In this document: positions 8,868 through 16,967 of the stretch, one piece after another
How the letters are laid out: each line of letters opens with the position of its first letter
Position numbering within the stretch: position 1 is the first letter of the stretch
Assembly (NCBI RefSeq): GCF_000172995.2
Contig: NC_014731.1
Span: 1-32,000, forward strand
Source: Halogeometricum borinquense DSM 11551
GTDB taxonomy: Archaea > Halobacteriota > Halobacteria > Halobacteriales > Haloferacaceae
Direction: 5' to 3'
Length of the DNA stretch: 32,000 bases
The notes under the pieces: generated by a model
What the model was told of the DNA's origin: nothing
The model's database searches: none
The model's input: the letters and a program-made list of their open reading frames with translations, nothing else
Program-made: the position numbers and the translations under genes

Positions 8868-10904
8868 ATGACAGACGATACCCCAGACGACCCCGACGGC
8901 GAAGCACAACGAGCCCAGAAACTCCGAGAGACAGTTGATCCCACCACGGCGACGGACGACGAAATCGAGGCCCTGTGTGCGCTCCTCGACGGCCGCCACG
9001 GGCGCTCAGACGCCCACGCAGCCCTGTCGAAGATCTCGTCCCACCCCAACTGCACACGACGTGTCGCAGTGGCCCTCCAGCCGTACCTCGTCCACGAGAC
9101 CAGACGAACACGGGACGAGGCCCTCGACATGCTGACGTGGATCGCACGGACGGACCCGAATGCGCTCGATACCACTATCGAGTGGCTCCTGGAACACTTG
9201 GACACCGAGGACGAGCACATGCGTGACACCTCCGTGACATCCCTCAGGAAACTCGCCGAGGCCGAGCCTGTCCTCCTTCGCCCGCACGTGGACGCTCTCA
9301 TTGGCTCTCTCGACGACGACGCTGTGCGGGCCAACGCAATCAGCCTGTTGTCGACGATTTCACACGCCTATCCAGAAGCGATTGCTCCTGCCAGAGACGA
9401 GTTGATAGCACTGTCTGCGGACGAGACGATCGACGCCAGTGCGATCCCGTCGCCGCTCGGCACCGTCGCATTGGTACGGCCAGATATCATCGATCCTGTC
9501 GTCGAGATGCTGCGAGAGGACCTCGCTGCGGCGGAGCGAGATCAAGCGCGGATCGGGATTGGGAGTGCACTCGGCAGGATCGCTGTGGCATATCCCGAGT
9601 CGGCCCCGATGGTGGTCGAGGAACTGCTGTCACTCGCCGAGACGGATCCTGACGATCGGTCCCCTGATATCGACCGTAGTGTCGTACTCAGTTTTCTCGG
9701 CGGCATCGGGGTCGCACACCCCGAGACGGTCGTTCCCGAACTGGACCGTCTCAGGGCACTCCTTGACGATGACAACCGAATGGTGCGCTCGTCCGCGGTG
9801 GAGACTCTCGGAAACATCGCAACCGTTCGGCCTGCTGCAGTCCGGCCGGCTATCGATGACATTGTGGCGAGATTCGACGACACCAGCGAAGATCTGCAGT
9901 TCGACGTCGTGACGGCTCTCGGGAAGATCGCAGCAGCTGATCCTGAGATCGCGCCGCGCGTCGTCGCGAAGTTGCACGACTGGTTCGAAGACGACACGGC
10001 AGAAGACGAAGCAGTCGGGAGCGACGCGACAGAATACGGGCTGTTCGACTTGACTGGCAGCGTCGAAGACGAGAATGCGGCGACTCACGACGACTTCGAG
10101 TGGCAACTCCAGGAGGACATCATCCGTGCCTACGGCCGAATCGGTGCTGCTACTCCCGACGCCCTCGATCCCGTGATGGACGAGATTCGAGCCTGCCTCG
10201 CTGACGAGAACCTCTCAGCAGAGGCTGCCGCTGCGCTCGGTGAGATCGGCGGTGTTCGTCCCGAGACAGTGGCTCCCGCTGTTGAGGATCTCCAAGAGTT
10301 GCTTGCTGAGGGCCCCTACTGGAACCGGAGAGCGGCCGCCAGCGCGCTCGGAACGATTGGGGCCGCAGCCCCCGAGATGGCCGAACTCGTCGTCGACGAT
10401 CTGCAGCACCGTCTCGCGGACAGCAACTATCGTGTGCGCGCGGCGGCTGCCGAGGCACTTGGCACGATTGCCACCACGGATTCGGACGTGGCCGCACGCG
10501 TCAGCGAGGAGGTACAGCTGCTCCTCGACGACGATGAATGGAAGGTCCGTGCGGCAGCGCTCGAAGCACTCGGACAGATGGGTGCTGCGGATCGAGACAC
10601 AGCCGAGCGTGTCGTCGAGGATCTGCAGACCGGCCTTCGCGATACCGATTCGGACGTTCGGCCGTCGGCAGCGAACGCACTGGCAGCCATCGGCGTTTCC
10701 CAGCCAGTGCTCACCGCCACGGCCGTCGAAGCGCTCGAGTCCCGATTCGAATGTGACGAGGAGTATCTCTTCGTCCGATCGTCGATCGCCGAGGGATTGC
10801 AGGCGCTCAACACCGCCCACTCCGATGCTGTCACAGTGAGCGACACCGAACTGCAGCGAGTCGCCGACGCTGACGTGAACTTGGTGGTGGAGGAGAGTCA
10901 GTAG
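8868..10904 (+). CDS. HEAT-repeat (PBS-lyase HEAT-like) protein
   Basis: 678-aa acidic ORF with an ATG start. HEAT/PBS-type units recur: VRSSAVETLGNIA, RRAAASALGTIGAA, VRAAAAEALGTIA, VRAAALEALGQMGA, VRPSAANALAAIG. Spacing is about 31-38 aa in the C-terminal half, with more degenerate units in the N-terminal half. Confidence 0.85.
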   Translation: MTDDTPDDPDGEAQRAQKLRETVDPTTATDDEIEALCALLDGRHGRSDAHAALSKISSHPNCTRRVAVALQPYLVHETRRTRDEALDMLTWIARTDPNALDTTIEWLLEHLDTEDEHMRDTSVTSLRKLAEAEPVLLRPHVDALIGSLDDDAVRANAISLLSTISHAYPEAIAPARDELIALSADETIDASAIPSPLGTVALVRPDIIDPVVEMLREDLAAAERDQARIGIGSALGRIAVAYPESAPMVVEELLSLAETDPDDRSPDIDRSVVLSFLGGIGVAHPETVVPELDRLRALLDDDNRMVRSSAVETLGNIATVRPAAVRPAIDDIVARFDDTSEDLQFDVVTALGKIAAADPEIAPRVVAKLHDWFEDDTAEDEAVGSDATEYGLFDLTGSVEDENAATHDDFEWQLQEDIIRAYGRIGAATPDALDPVMDEIRACLADENLSAEAAAALGEIGGVRPETVAPAVEDLQELLAEGPYWNRRAAASALGTIGAAAPEMAELVVDDLQHRLADSNYRVRAAAAEALGTIATTDSDVAARVSEEVQLLLDDDEWKVRAAALEALGQMGAADRDTAERVVEDLQTGLRDTDSDVRPSAANALAAIGVSQPVLTATAVEALESRFECDEEYLFVRSSIAEGLQALNTAHSDAVTVSDTELQRVADADVNLVVEESQ

Positions 10905-10918
10905 GCAGTCCACTGGTG

Positions 10919-11104
10919 TCAGGACACGACTCGAACCAACCAGGTGTCGCTGTGCGCGGGGTCAGCCAGCAATTTCTGCACGACAGTCCCAAGAAGGATC
11001 GCGTGTCCGAAGAGCGGATCGTCGTCGCCGTGCCAGAACGTAAACTCACCGTCAGGATGAATGGTGACCGTGTTCACCTTCGTTCTTTCTGCAATCGTTA
11101 CCAC
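10919..11104 (-). CDS. Hypothetical 61-aa ORF (weak)
   Basis: ATG-initiated ORF convergent with the HEAT gene. The translation [34 protein letters not shown] is protein-like, but no motif was recognised. It may be a fragment. Confidence 0.25.
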
Positions 11105-11280
11105 TTCTGAGTAGACTTGGACCCCGAGCTTCTGTCTTCATTGGGCTGGGAACAGAGATTGGCACGTTTGGTGCTGGAGTCAGCCTATCCATCGTTTACC
11201 TCACGTATCGGAAAATAGGAGCCGCTTCAATGACCCACTCTTGGTTCAACTGGAAGAGAAAGAACTGATTGAGTCCCGAA

Positions 11281-11715
11281 TCAAACACGGTCGAAGTGAC
11301 TGTAAATCTGGTCTGTTGTTTGGAGAGGAGCGTGTCGAAGTCTCTTCTTCATATCGTAGATGTGCTTGTCTTCGTAGGTCATCATCCGATAAACGACCGA
11401 GTGACGAAGTGAGTGAGGGGTCACGTCGTCTGGGGACCCTCGTCCACCCATGACGTTGTACGGACGGATGTCGTCAGCGAGTTCGCGGGTTTCTGTAGAA
11501 AGGCTCCAAACTCGGCACTGTGATGTCATTCAGATTGTCAATGTCGCGTTCATCGTACCAACGCAAAAAATGTCCAAGACGGTATCTGTGAACTTGCCGC
11601 CGACAGGGACACCGTAGCGATTACAGGTGAGCCGGCTGCGATGGCGAGCGCGCTCGAAATTGTGATGAGTAGATGAGAGTTCTTGCTGAGGGTCTGACTC
11701 GAAATCGAACCTCAC
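11281..11715 (-). pseudogene. Tyrosine recombinase / phage-type integrase remnant (C-terminal catalytic region, in-frame TGA)
   Basis: ORF 11281-11529 encodes TPHSLRHSVVYRM (HxxR box) and RLRHAPLQTTDQIYSHF (box II with the catalytic Tyr). ORF 11530-11715 is in the same frame and separated only by a TGA at 11530-11532. No N-terminal domain exists, because an unrelated ABC fragment starts at 11728. Confidence 0.7.
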
Positions 11716-11727
11716 TGGTGGAGTGTG

Positions 11728-11984
11728 TCAGTTCACTGGATCGAGATCGTGACTGGAGAAGAACACCGCCGCGCCGCGGTCGGCTTCCTCGCGGACGATT
11801 TCCCGAAGCGTCCTGACACCAGTGGGGTCAAGGCCGGTGGAGGGCTCATCGAAGACGAGGAGATCCGGTGACCCGACCAGAGCCATCCCAAGCGCAAGGC
11901 GCTGGCTCATCCCTTTCGGTAGCCGCCTACCGGCTGGTCGGCCGCGTGGGCTACGCCGACCCGTCCGAGGACGGTGTCGGGGTC
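11728..11984 (-). pseudogene. ABC-transporter ATP-binding protein internal fragment (frameshifted, truncated at both ends)
   Basis: The fragment reads VLGRVGVAHAADQPVGGYRKG, then a frameshift at about 11910, then MSQRLALGMALVGSPDLLVFDEPSTGLDP. This corresponds to the signature (YSKGMxQRL-like), Walker B (LLVFDEP) and D-loop, followed by the H-loop FFSSH. The Walker A region and the C-terminus are absent. Confidence 0.75.
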
Positions 11985-12014
11985 GTCGTCTGCGTCTTTC
12001 AGTTCAATCGCTGT

Positions 12015-12430
12015 TTCGACATTGTCGTTGACAAGCTTCGGTACATCAACGAGTACACGAACGACCTGAAGTAAATGCGGGGAATGTCGAAAACGGAGTA
12101 TGTTGACGATATCGTCGTCCAACGGGCGGTTGAGAGAACGTTCATGAATCTCATTCAATCCTGTATTGATCTCGACCAGCATATTCGTGCTTCAGAGAGC
12201 CTCTCCAAGTGGGACTGCAAAAAAAAGAGATCGAGTCGCTTGGGAATGCAGGCATACTCTCACCCAACGTTCAAGACCAGATGGAAGAAGCCGTCGGGTT
12301 TCGAAATATCCTCGCCCATCGGTACGGTGATGTGAACCACGACGTTGTCTACGCTGTGCTACACAACGACCTCCACTGGTTCGACCAATTTCAGCAGGAA
12401 ATCGCGCAGTGGTTTCAGCAACGAGACTAA
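12015..12430 (+). pseudogene. hepT: HepT (DUF86, HEPN-domain) toxin remnant with an in-frame TAA and a frameshift in an A8 run
   Basis: The C-terminal part AVGFRNILAHRYGDVNHDVVYAVL carries the HEPN Rx4H motif. The N-terminal part DIVVDKLRYINEYTNDLK*MRGMSKTEYVDDIVVQRAVERTFMNLIQSCIDLDQHI has the HepT helix pattern but is broken by a TAA at 12072-12074. The frame changes inside aaaaaaaa at 12219-12226, and an A9 run would restore WDCKKKEIESLGNAGIL. There is no ATG at the 5' end and no MNT partner gene. Confidence 0.8.
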
Positions 12431-12537
12431 CCCTGTCACCGAAACCGTTCACGCGAGCAGAGTGTGCAGGCATGGACGAGACGGGCGAGCAGGACTACCG
12501 GCGCATCCCCAGTCACAATCACCGCCGCTGCTTGAGC

Positions 12538-14343
12538 TCAGGCGAAATCGGTGAGGTTCGTCGCCGTCAGGTTCTCCGTATCCTCTTCCAGTTCGTGGTC
12601 AAGGGAACTCCGACTGGGGACCTCAAACTCGACAACCGGAGTGTCCGACGAGACAATGTCGATGATCGTGTGCAGCTCATCCATGATCCCGACCGCACCG
12701 TCATGTGTACATCCCGTGATTGTACACCAAGCTCGTGATCGCGTGATCGCCACGAACACTTCGTTTCGCGCCTGCACAAGCTCGCGATACGGGTTTGTGA
12801 TTGCATTGTTGAGTCCAACGACATACACCGAGGCAGCTTCATTTCCTTTTGCGAGATGAATCGTCGAGATCGTTACCTCACCCGGCCGCGAAAATTCGGT
12901 TCTGTCACCTTCCCACGCACAGGTCGCTCCTAAATCATGGGCGCGCAGCAATGACTGAAGCTGCTGACCGCGATCCTTTGCGTCCAGCCCAAGCGGGACG
13001 ACGAGGATACGCTCCGGAGGTAAGCCCTCCTCACGAACATCAGCCACAACCTGGTCAACGACCCAGTCGAGCTCTGCAGCTGGATCGTCGAACGCTTCGG
13101 CCGACACGAATGGCCCGGCTGTATCAAACGTAGAGAGTGGATGTGGTGAGTTTGCTTCAGGCCGCTGAAGACGTGCCTTACTCCCTGTTTTCCGGAAGTC
13201 ACCATCGACGTCATAGCCGAGATTCTCCCAGCCGTCTTGCCGCGTAATTGCTTGGACAGGACCGCCATCACGGAGGAGTCCCATCCCAAGGACGTGTGCA
13301 GTCAACAGAACCTCCAGGGGTGCGCGATAGGATTTCCGCATGATGTGGCTTTTTTGCACCCCGTTTGAATACGACCCGCTCAGGTCAACAACAGGATCGC
13401 CGGTGTCGTCAACGCCGAAAATTTCCTTGGGGCTCGGGGCACGCAAACTGTGGAGATTTTGTGCCTCGTCGTAGCCCCAAATGAGCCGGTTGGACGAGTC
13501 AAGTGCAGCGAGACACATATTGAAGAAGTGCGGACCGAAGTCTTGTGCCTCATCGACGAGAATCGCATCAAAGAGGTCTGGGATGTCCCCGGTCGCAAGC
13601 AGTTCAGCCGCCACCGCTTCCTGGGGATCAGTGTCGGAGCCGAATTCTGCACGAGCATCGGTCACCGAACGGAAGGTAGCGTTTGGAGTTGCCTCTGCGA
13701 TTCGTTTGTATATGCCCTCGCCAGTTGTGTGGCCACCCCACCCGTGGATGATCTCGATGGACGAATCACTCTCCGCCAGTGATTGTCCGTTCGAGAACCG
13801 CCTGTAGAATCGTTCCGTGAGATCGGTAATGTGATCGTAGAGACTCTTCGTTTGGAACGTCAGCGCGATGGTCCAGTCCTTGTGATCGACCGCCATTTTC
13901 GCCGCCTTCATGGCAAGGAGGACGGTCTTCCCAGACCCAGCGATCCCTCGAATTTGCTGCGGTCCAGGTGGGATCCGCATGCCGATCTTTTCCTGTTTCA
14001 AATCGAACTTCGCAAGCTGACTCGTGACGTGTTCGTAGTAGTCGCGTCGCGTCTCAGGATTTGCGGGCGGCGACATACTGATATCGCTGATTGCCTGTCC
14101 GCAGCTGAGGACAGCACGTGCTGTGTCATATTCGGCTGAGGTTAACGGGTCAAACGTGCGGATCGCGTCAAGTTGCTCCCGGAGTGCCACAGGCGTTAAC
14201 TCATCACCTAACAGCACGCGAGGGGCGCTTGGCCCCGTAAAGCCGCGTGCCTCCCATTCCTCGCGGGTGATATTCGGGAGGACAACAAACGGATTCATCG
14301 GGATTGCTACCTGTCCACCGTCCAAGAGCTCTGGTTCGTCCAT
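12538..14343 (-). CDS. Superfamily-1 (UvrD/Rep-like) helicase-family ATPase
   Basis: 601-aa ORF. It has Walker A GIAGSGKT (13924-13947), motif II ILVDEAQDF (DEAQD = 13540-13554), a UvrD_C-like ISTIHLAKGNEAASVYVVG and motif VI VAITRSRAW. About 125 N-terminal residues have no recognisable motif, and no nuclease motif was seen. Confidence 0.85.
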   Translation of the reverse strand: MDEPELLDGGQVAIPMNPFVVLPNITREEWEARGFTGPSAPRVLLGDELTPVALREQLDAIRTFDPLTSAEYDTARAVLSCGQAISDISMSPPANPETRRDYYEHVTSQLAKFDLKQEKIGMRIPPGPQQIRGIAGSGKTVLLAMKAAKMAVDHKDWTIALTFQTKSLYDHITDLTERFYRRFSNGQSLAESDSSIEIIHGWGGHTTGEGIYKRIAEATPNATFRSVTDARAEFGSDTDPQEAVAAELLATGDIPDLFDAILVDEAQDFGPHFFNMCLAALDSSNRLIWGYDEAQNLHSLRAPSPKEIFGVDDTGDPVVDLSGSYSNGVQKSHIMRKSYRAPLEVLLTAHVLGMGLLRDGGPVQAITRQDGWENLGYDVDGDFRKTGSKARLQRPEANSPHPLSTFDTAGPFVSAEAFDDPAAELDWVVDQVVADVREEGLPPERILVVPLGLDAKDRGQQLQSLLRAHDLGATCAWEGDRTEFSRPGEVTISTIHLAKGNEAASVYVVGLNNAITNPYRELVQARNEVFVAITRSRAWCTITGCTHDGAVGIMDELHTIIDIVSSDTPVVEFEVPSRSSLDHELEEDTENLTATNLTDFA

Positions 14344-14462
14344 GAAGAACTTGCGCAGTGCAAAGCCCTGTCGCCGTGCCTGCTCGAGTGGTGTGGATTG
14401 AGATTGCGACGTGCCGCGCAGATGCCACGTCTCGCCAGCGATGCGGTCAATTTGATCGATAG

Positions 14463-15206
14463 GGCACTGTCTAGTTAAGCCAGTTTGAGGAATGAGCAGG
14501 TCGTTGAGTTAATTGGGTAGAATGCTCGCAGACCTGCTCAGCAAGTGCTTTGCGACGGATTATGAAGAAACTTGGGAGCGTGAGCGGACGGCGACACCCG
14601 TCAGGGTGTTCGCCGTCCAGCTCCACGCGACCGGGTGTTCACTGAGAGAAACAAAACAGATTCTTCGCTATCTCGGCGTTGAACGCTCTCACCAAGCTGT
14701 TTGGCAGTGGGTACATCGGCTGGCTGACAGCGGTCACAAGCCGCCTGAGGCGGAGCCGAAGCGGGTTGCGGTTGACGAGACCGCTGTCAAAATCAATGCG
14801 AGTGGTCTTGGTTGTACGCCGCAATAGACATTGAGACAAAACTGATTCTCGATGTCGAGTTGTTTGGACGACATGGTACCGATCCGGCGGCTGCGTTTCT
14901 CCATCGACTCTCGGAGAAACACGATCTCTCAGATGCTGTGTTTCTCGTTGATGGCTACGGCTATCAGACTGCCCTCTCTCGATTAGGAGTGAGCGGTCGG
15001 CTTGACTACGTCGAGCGAAACCTCATCGAAAAGTGGTTTCATACCCTCAAAATGCGAGTCGACCGCTTCCATAATTCGTGGGTGGGCAGTCACGGAAGCG
15101 TCCGCGAGTGGTTCATACAATTTGCGCAATATTATAATTTTTATCGACCGCATCAATCGCTCGATGGACGAACGCCAGTTGAGGAGGTCACTAACTAGAC
15201 AGTGCC
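14463..15206 (+). mobile_element. IS6-family insertion sequence (ISH-type), copy A, transposase frameshifted, no target-site duplication
   Basis: 744 bp, bounded by 15-bp terminal inverted repeats: GGCACTGTCTAGTTA at 14463-14477 and its reverse complement at 15192-15206. The flanking 8-mers differ (atcgatag versus tcttagac). It is near-identical to the copy at 16968-17712. Confidence 0.9.
14513..15198 (+). pseudogene. IS6-family DDE transposase, frameshifted
   Basis: Two overlapping ORFs (14513-14827 and 14812-15198) together match the intact 228-aa copy. At about 14794-14800, copy A reads caatgcgagtgg where copy B reads caacggtgagtgg. That 1-nt deletion turns VAVDETAVKINGEWSWLYAAID into KINASGLGCTPQ followed by a stop. 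Confidence 0.9.
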
Positions 15207-15346
15207 TCTTAGACAAGAATGTCAAATATCTGTGGAAACATAAATGGCCGGCATAGATAGTTGCCGACTCGGGGACAACTTCCTGCAATTGTTTGGACGC
15301 TCTACGATACTTTTTCGATGATCTGTTACGCCACTACTGACATAAG

Positions 15347-15740
15347 ATGACCGACAGTGGTGGAGACGAACCAGCGGCATCGTCGGCGTACGGGCCGTTG
15401 CTTGACGAGAGAAACGGTGCTGAGAGGCTGACCCGTTGTAGTCACAGACGTTCGGGAGTTACAGGCAATCGACGCGGATCTTGCTGCCCACTACGTCCTC
15501 GGGAACGACATCGACGCTGGGGATACCACGGTATGGAACGACGGCGACGGATTCGATCCGATCGGGGATTCCGGTTCGAAACAAGATCAGTTTCGTGGCT
15601 CGTTTGACGGTCGCGGCCACGAGATCCGTAATTTGACGATCGACAGGCCCAATCGAAACGCCGTCGGTCTGTTCAGTGTCGTCTCGGGCGTACGGATCAA
15701 GGCTGTCGATCTTGTCGCCGAGTCGATGGCCGCGGATTGA
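15347..15740 (+). pseudogene. Fragment of a GLUG-motif-type surface protein (N-proximal region only)
   Basis: The frame open over 15432-15740 has no start codon, so it is absent from the ORF track. It translates to VVTDVRELQAIDADLAAHYVLGNDIDAGDTTVWNDGDGFDPIGDSGSKQDQFRGSFDGRGHEIRNLTIDRPNRNAVGLFSVVSGVRIKAVDL. This is the pattern that precedes GLUG repeats in large bacterial and archaeal surface proteins (LQxI...YxLxNDID...PIG...FxGxFDGxGHxIxNL...VGLF). An upstream ATG ORF starting at 15347 is in another frame. The fragment ends after about 100 aa. Confidence 0.5.
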
Positions 15741-15872
15741 CGTCAGGTAGTCACGACTTTTTGACAATCTTACTGATTTTCACATGAAACTACCCACTGC
15801 TCACTTCTTCAGCCATATGTGTTGTGAATACGATTTCTTTATTCACAAGGTAGCTAAATAGTCAATCAGTAA

Positions 15873-16073
15873 ATGGTTTGGTCCCTCCCGGAGACACGCG
15901 CCGAGCGAATGCTACAACTCATCGCAGGCGTATTGGTCGTAGTAGCAGTCGCTGATTTTCTGGAGTTGATAGACTTGTTCTCGTACTGGACATACGTATT
16001 TTTTATTAGTACAGTATCAATTATTTATGATATCATTGGCACCAGGAAAATGCTCAGAGAGGTGAGTAGTTGA
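15873..16073 (+). CDS. Small two-TM membrane protein (hypothetical)
   Basis: 66-aa ATG ORF in an AT-rich stretch. It has two hydrophobic segments (MLQLIAGVLVVVAVADFL and WTYVFFISTVSIIYDIIG). Confidence 0.35.
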   Translation: MVWSLPETRAERMLQLIAGVLVVVAVADFLELIDLFSYWTYVFFISTVSIIYDIIGTRKMLREVSS

Positions 16074-16374
16074 GGCAAAATCCGGATACCACGCGCCCAA
16101 CCAACCAATCGTTTTGCTGTACTGCTTACTAGCTATGAAGAGACTCACCGAATTCACAACATTGTCACCGGCCAGTGCCGCATCCGTTACGAATCGTTCA
16201 TGCACGGAGCCGAGGCAGGTCCACCACTGCACCGTCGCCCCGTTCCTCATCGCGAACCGCCGCGTGCTGTCCCGTCGAATTGGCGGAAAGGTATGCCGAA
16301 ACAAGTCAATAGCGAGCGAAAAAGACTTCGCTTCTGTCGGAACTGTTTACTCCGTATCGTCCCTTGGCCAACCA

Positions 16375-16635
16375 ATGCGAGTCCTCGACCGGAAACGATA
16401 CTCCTACGTCTTACTGGCCCGCGACGGGGAGTGGATTCTCACGTTCTTACTCGGCGGCCCCGTCGAGCGCGACGTCTCCGTGCGATTGACGCCCGTAGAG
16501 ATCACTGCAATCGAAGCCGGTGACTCGTCGGCCGCCGACCTGGTCGAGAAATTCAGCGCTGACCTATCGGCCACCGAGGACAGACAGATAACTCCCACCG
16601 TCTGGCCTGCAAAGGACGCCGAGAGTGTGTCGTAG
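16375..16635 (+). CDS. Hypothetical 86-aa acidic protein
   Basis: An internal ATG at 16375 in the 16114-16635 ORF gives MRVLDRKRYSYVLLARDGEWILTFLLGGPVERDVSVRLTPVEITAIEAGD. This has haloarchaeal-like acidic composition, whereas the upstream part of the track ORF looks non-coding. Confidence 0.4.
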   Translation: MRVLDRKRYSYVLLARDGEWILTFLLGGPVERDVSVRLTPVEITAIEAGDSSAADLVEKFSADLSATEDRQITPTVWPAKDAESVS

Positions 16636-16693
16636 TGCCGCAGGTCGTTCCAACAGCGCTCTTCGGTTTCGATCGAGGCGTGTCTGTCCAGCG

Positions 16694-16927
16694 TCAGGAT
16701 GAAGTTCCTCCCTCCACAACCTGAAACTTCTCGATGTGGATCGCCGAGATGCAACGGAACACCCGCTTTCGCCCAGATTCGTCGACAGGGTCGGTTGCCG
16801 TCTCCGTGACATCGGTTGGGGTCCCGCCAGTATCAGTCGGAGTTCCCCCGTTATCGTCGTTCGAACTCAGGCACCCGGCGAAAGCTGAAAGTGAGAGTGT
16901 CGCAATGAAACTCCGTCTATATTTCAT
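16694..16927 (-). CDS. Small Tat-type lipoprotein, possibly frameshifted or truncated
   Basis: From the ATG at 16925-16927 the sequence reads MKYRRSFIATLSLSAFAGCLSSNDDNGGTPTDTGGTPTD. It has a twin-arginine RRSF motif, a lipobox AGC and a Thr/Pro/Asp linker. The ORF stops after 77 aa, and a protein-like continuation (RNFILTLDRHASIETEERCWNDL) lies in another frame. Confidence 0.45.
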   Translation of the reverse strand: MKYRRSFIATLSLSAFAGCLSSNDDNGGTPTDTGGTPTDVTETATDPVDESGRKRVFRCISAIHIEKFQVVEGGTSS

Positions 16928-16959
16928 ACTCTCAATAATATCAACTGTACTTTCAATCT

Positions 16960-16967
16960 GCCTATTT
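16960..16967. repeat. Left 8-bp target-site duplication of IS6 copy B (GCCTATTT)
   Basis: GCCTATTT lies immediately outside the left terminal repeat and is identical to the 8-mer at 17713-17720. Confidence 0.85.

Noticed and set aside
8109-8938. Several overlapping 70-210-aa ORFs on both strands between the island border and the HEAT gene
   Set aside because: The translations are Arg/Pro/Ser-rich and mutually overlapping. Only 8396-8629 looks marginally protein-like and is reported at low confidence. The region may be decayed or regulatory.
11868-12074. Search for an MNT (nucleotidyltransferase) antitoxin gene upstream of HepT
   Set aside because: The upstream ORF is partly the antisense of the ABC fragment and partly the HepT N-terminal helix itself. 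No GSxxRG/DxD nucleotidyltransferase motif is present.
15233-15240. Second GTGGAAAC (ORB core) just right of IS6 copy A
   Set aside because: It has no adjacent G-string, no dyad partner and no AT-rich unwinding region. An 8-mer match is expected by chance.
15459-15767. 102-aa minus-strand ORF
   Set aside because: It is the antisense of a plus-strand frame with a much more specific surface-protein pattern (GNDID...PIG...FDGRGHEIRNL...VGLF). It has no motif of its own.
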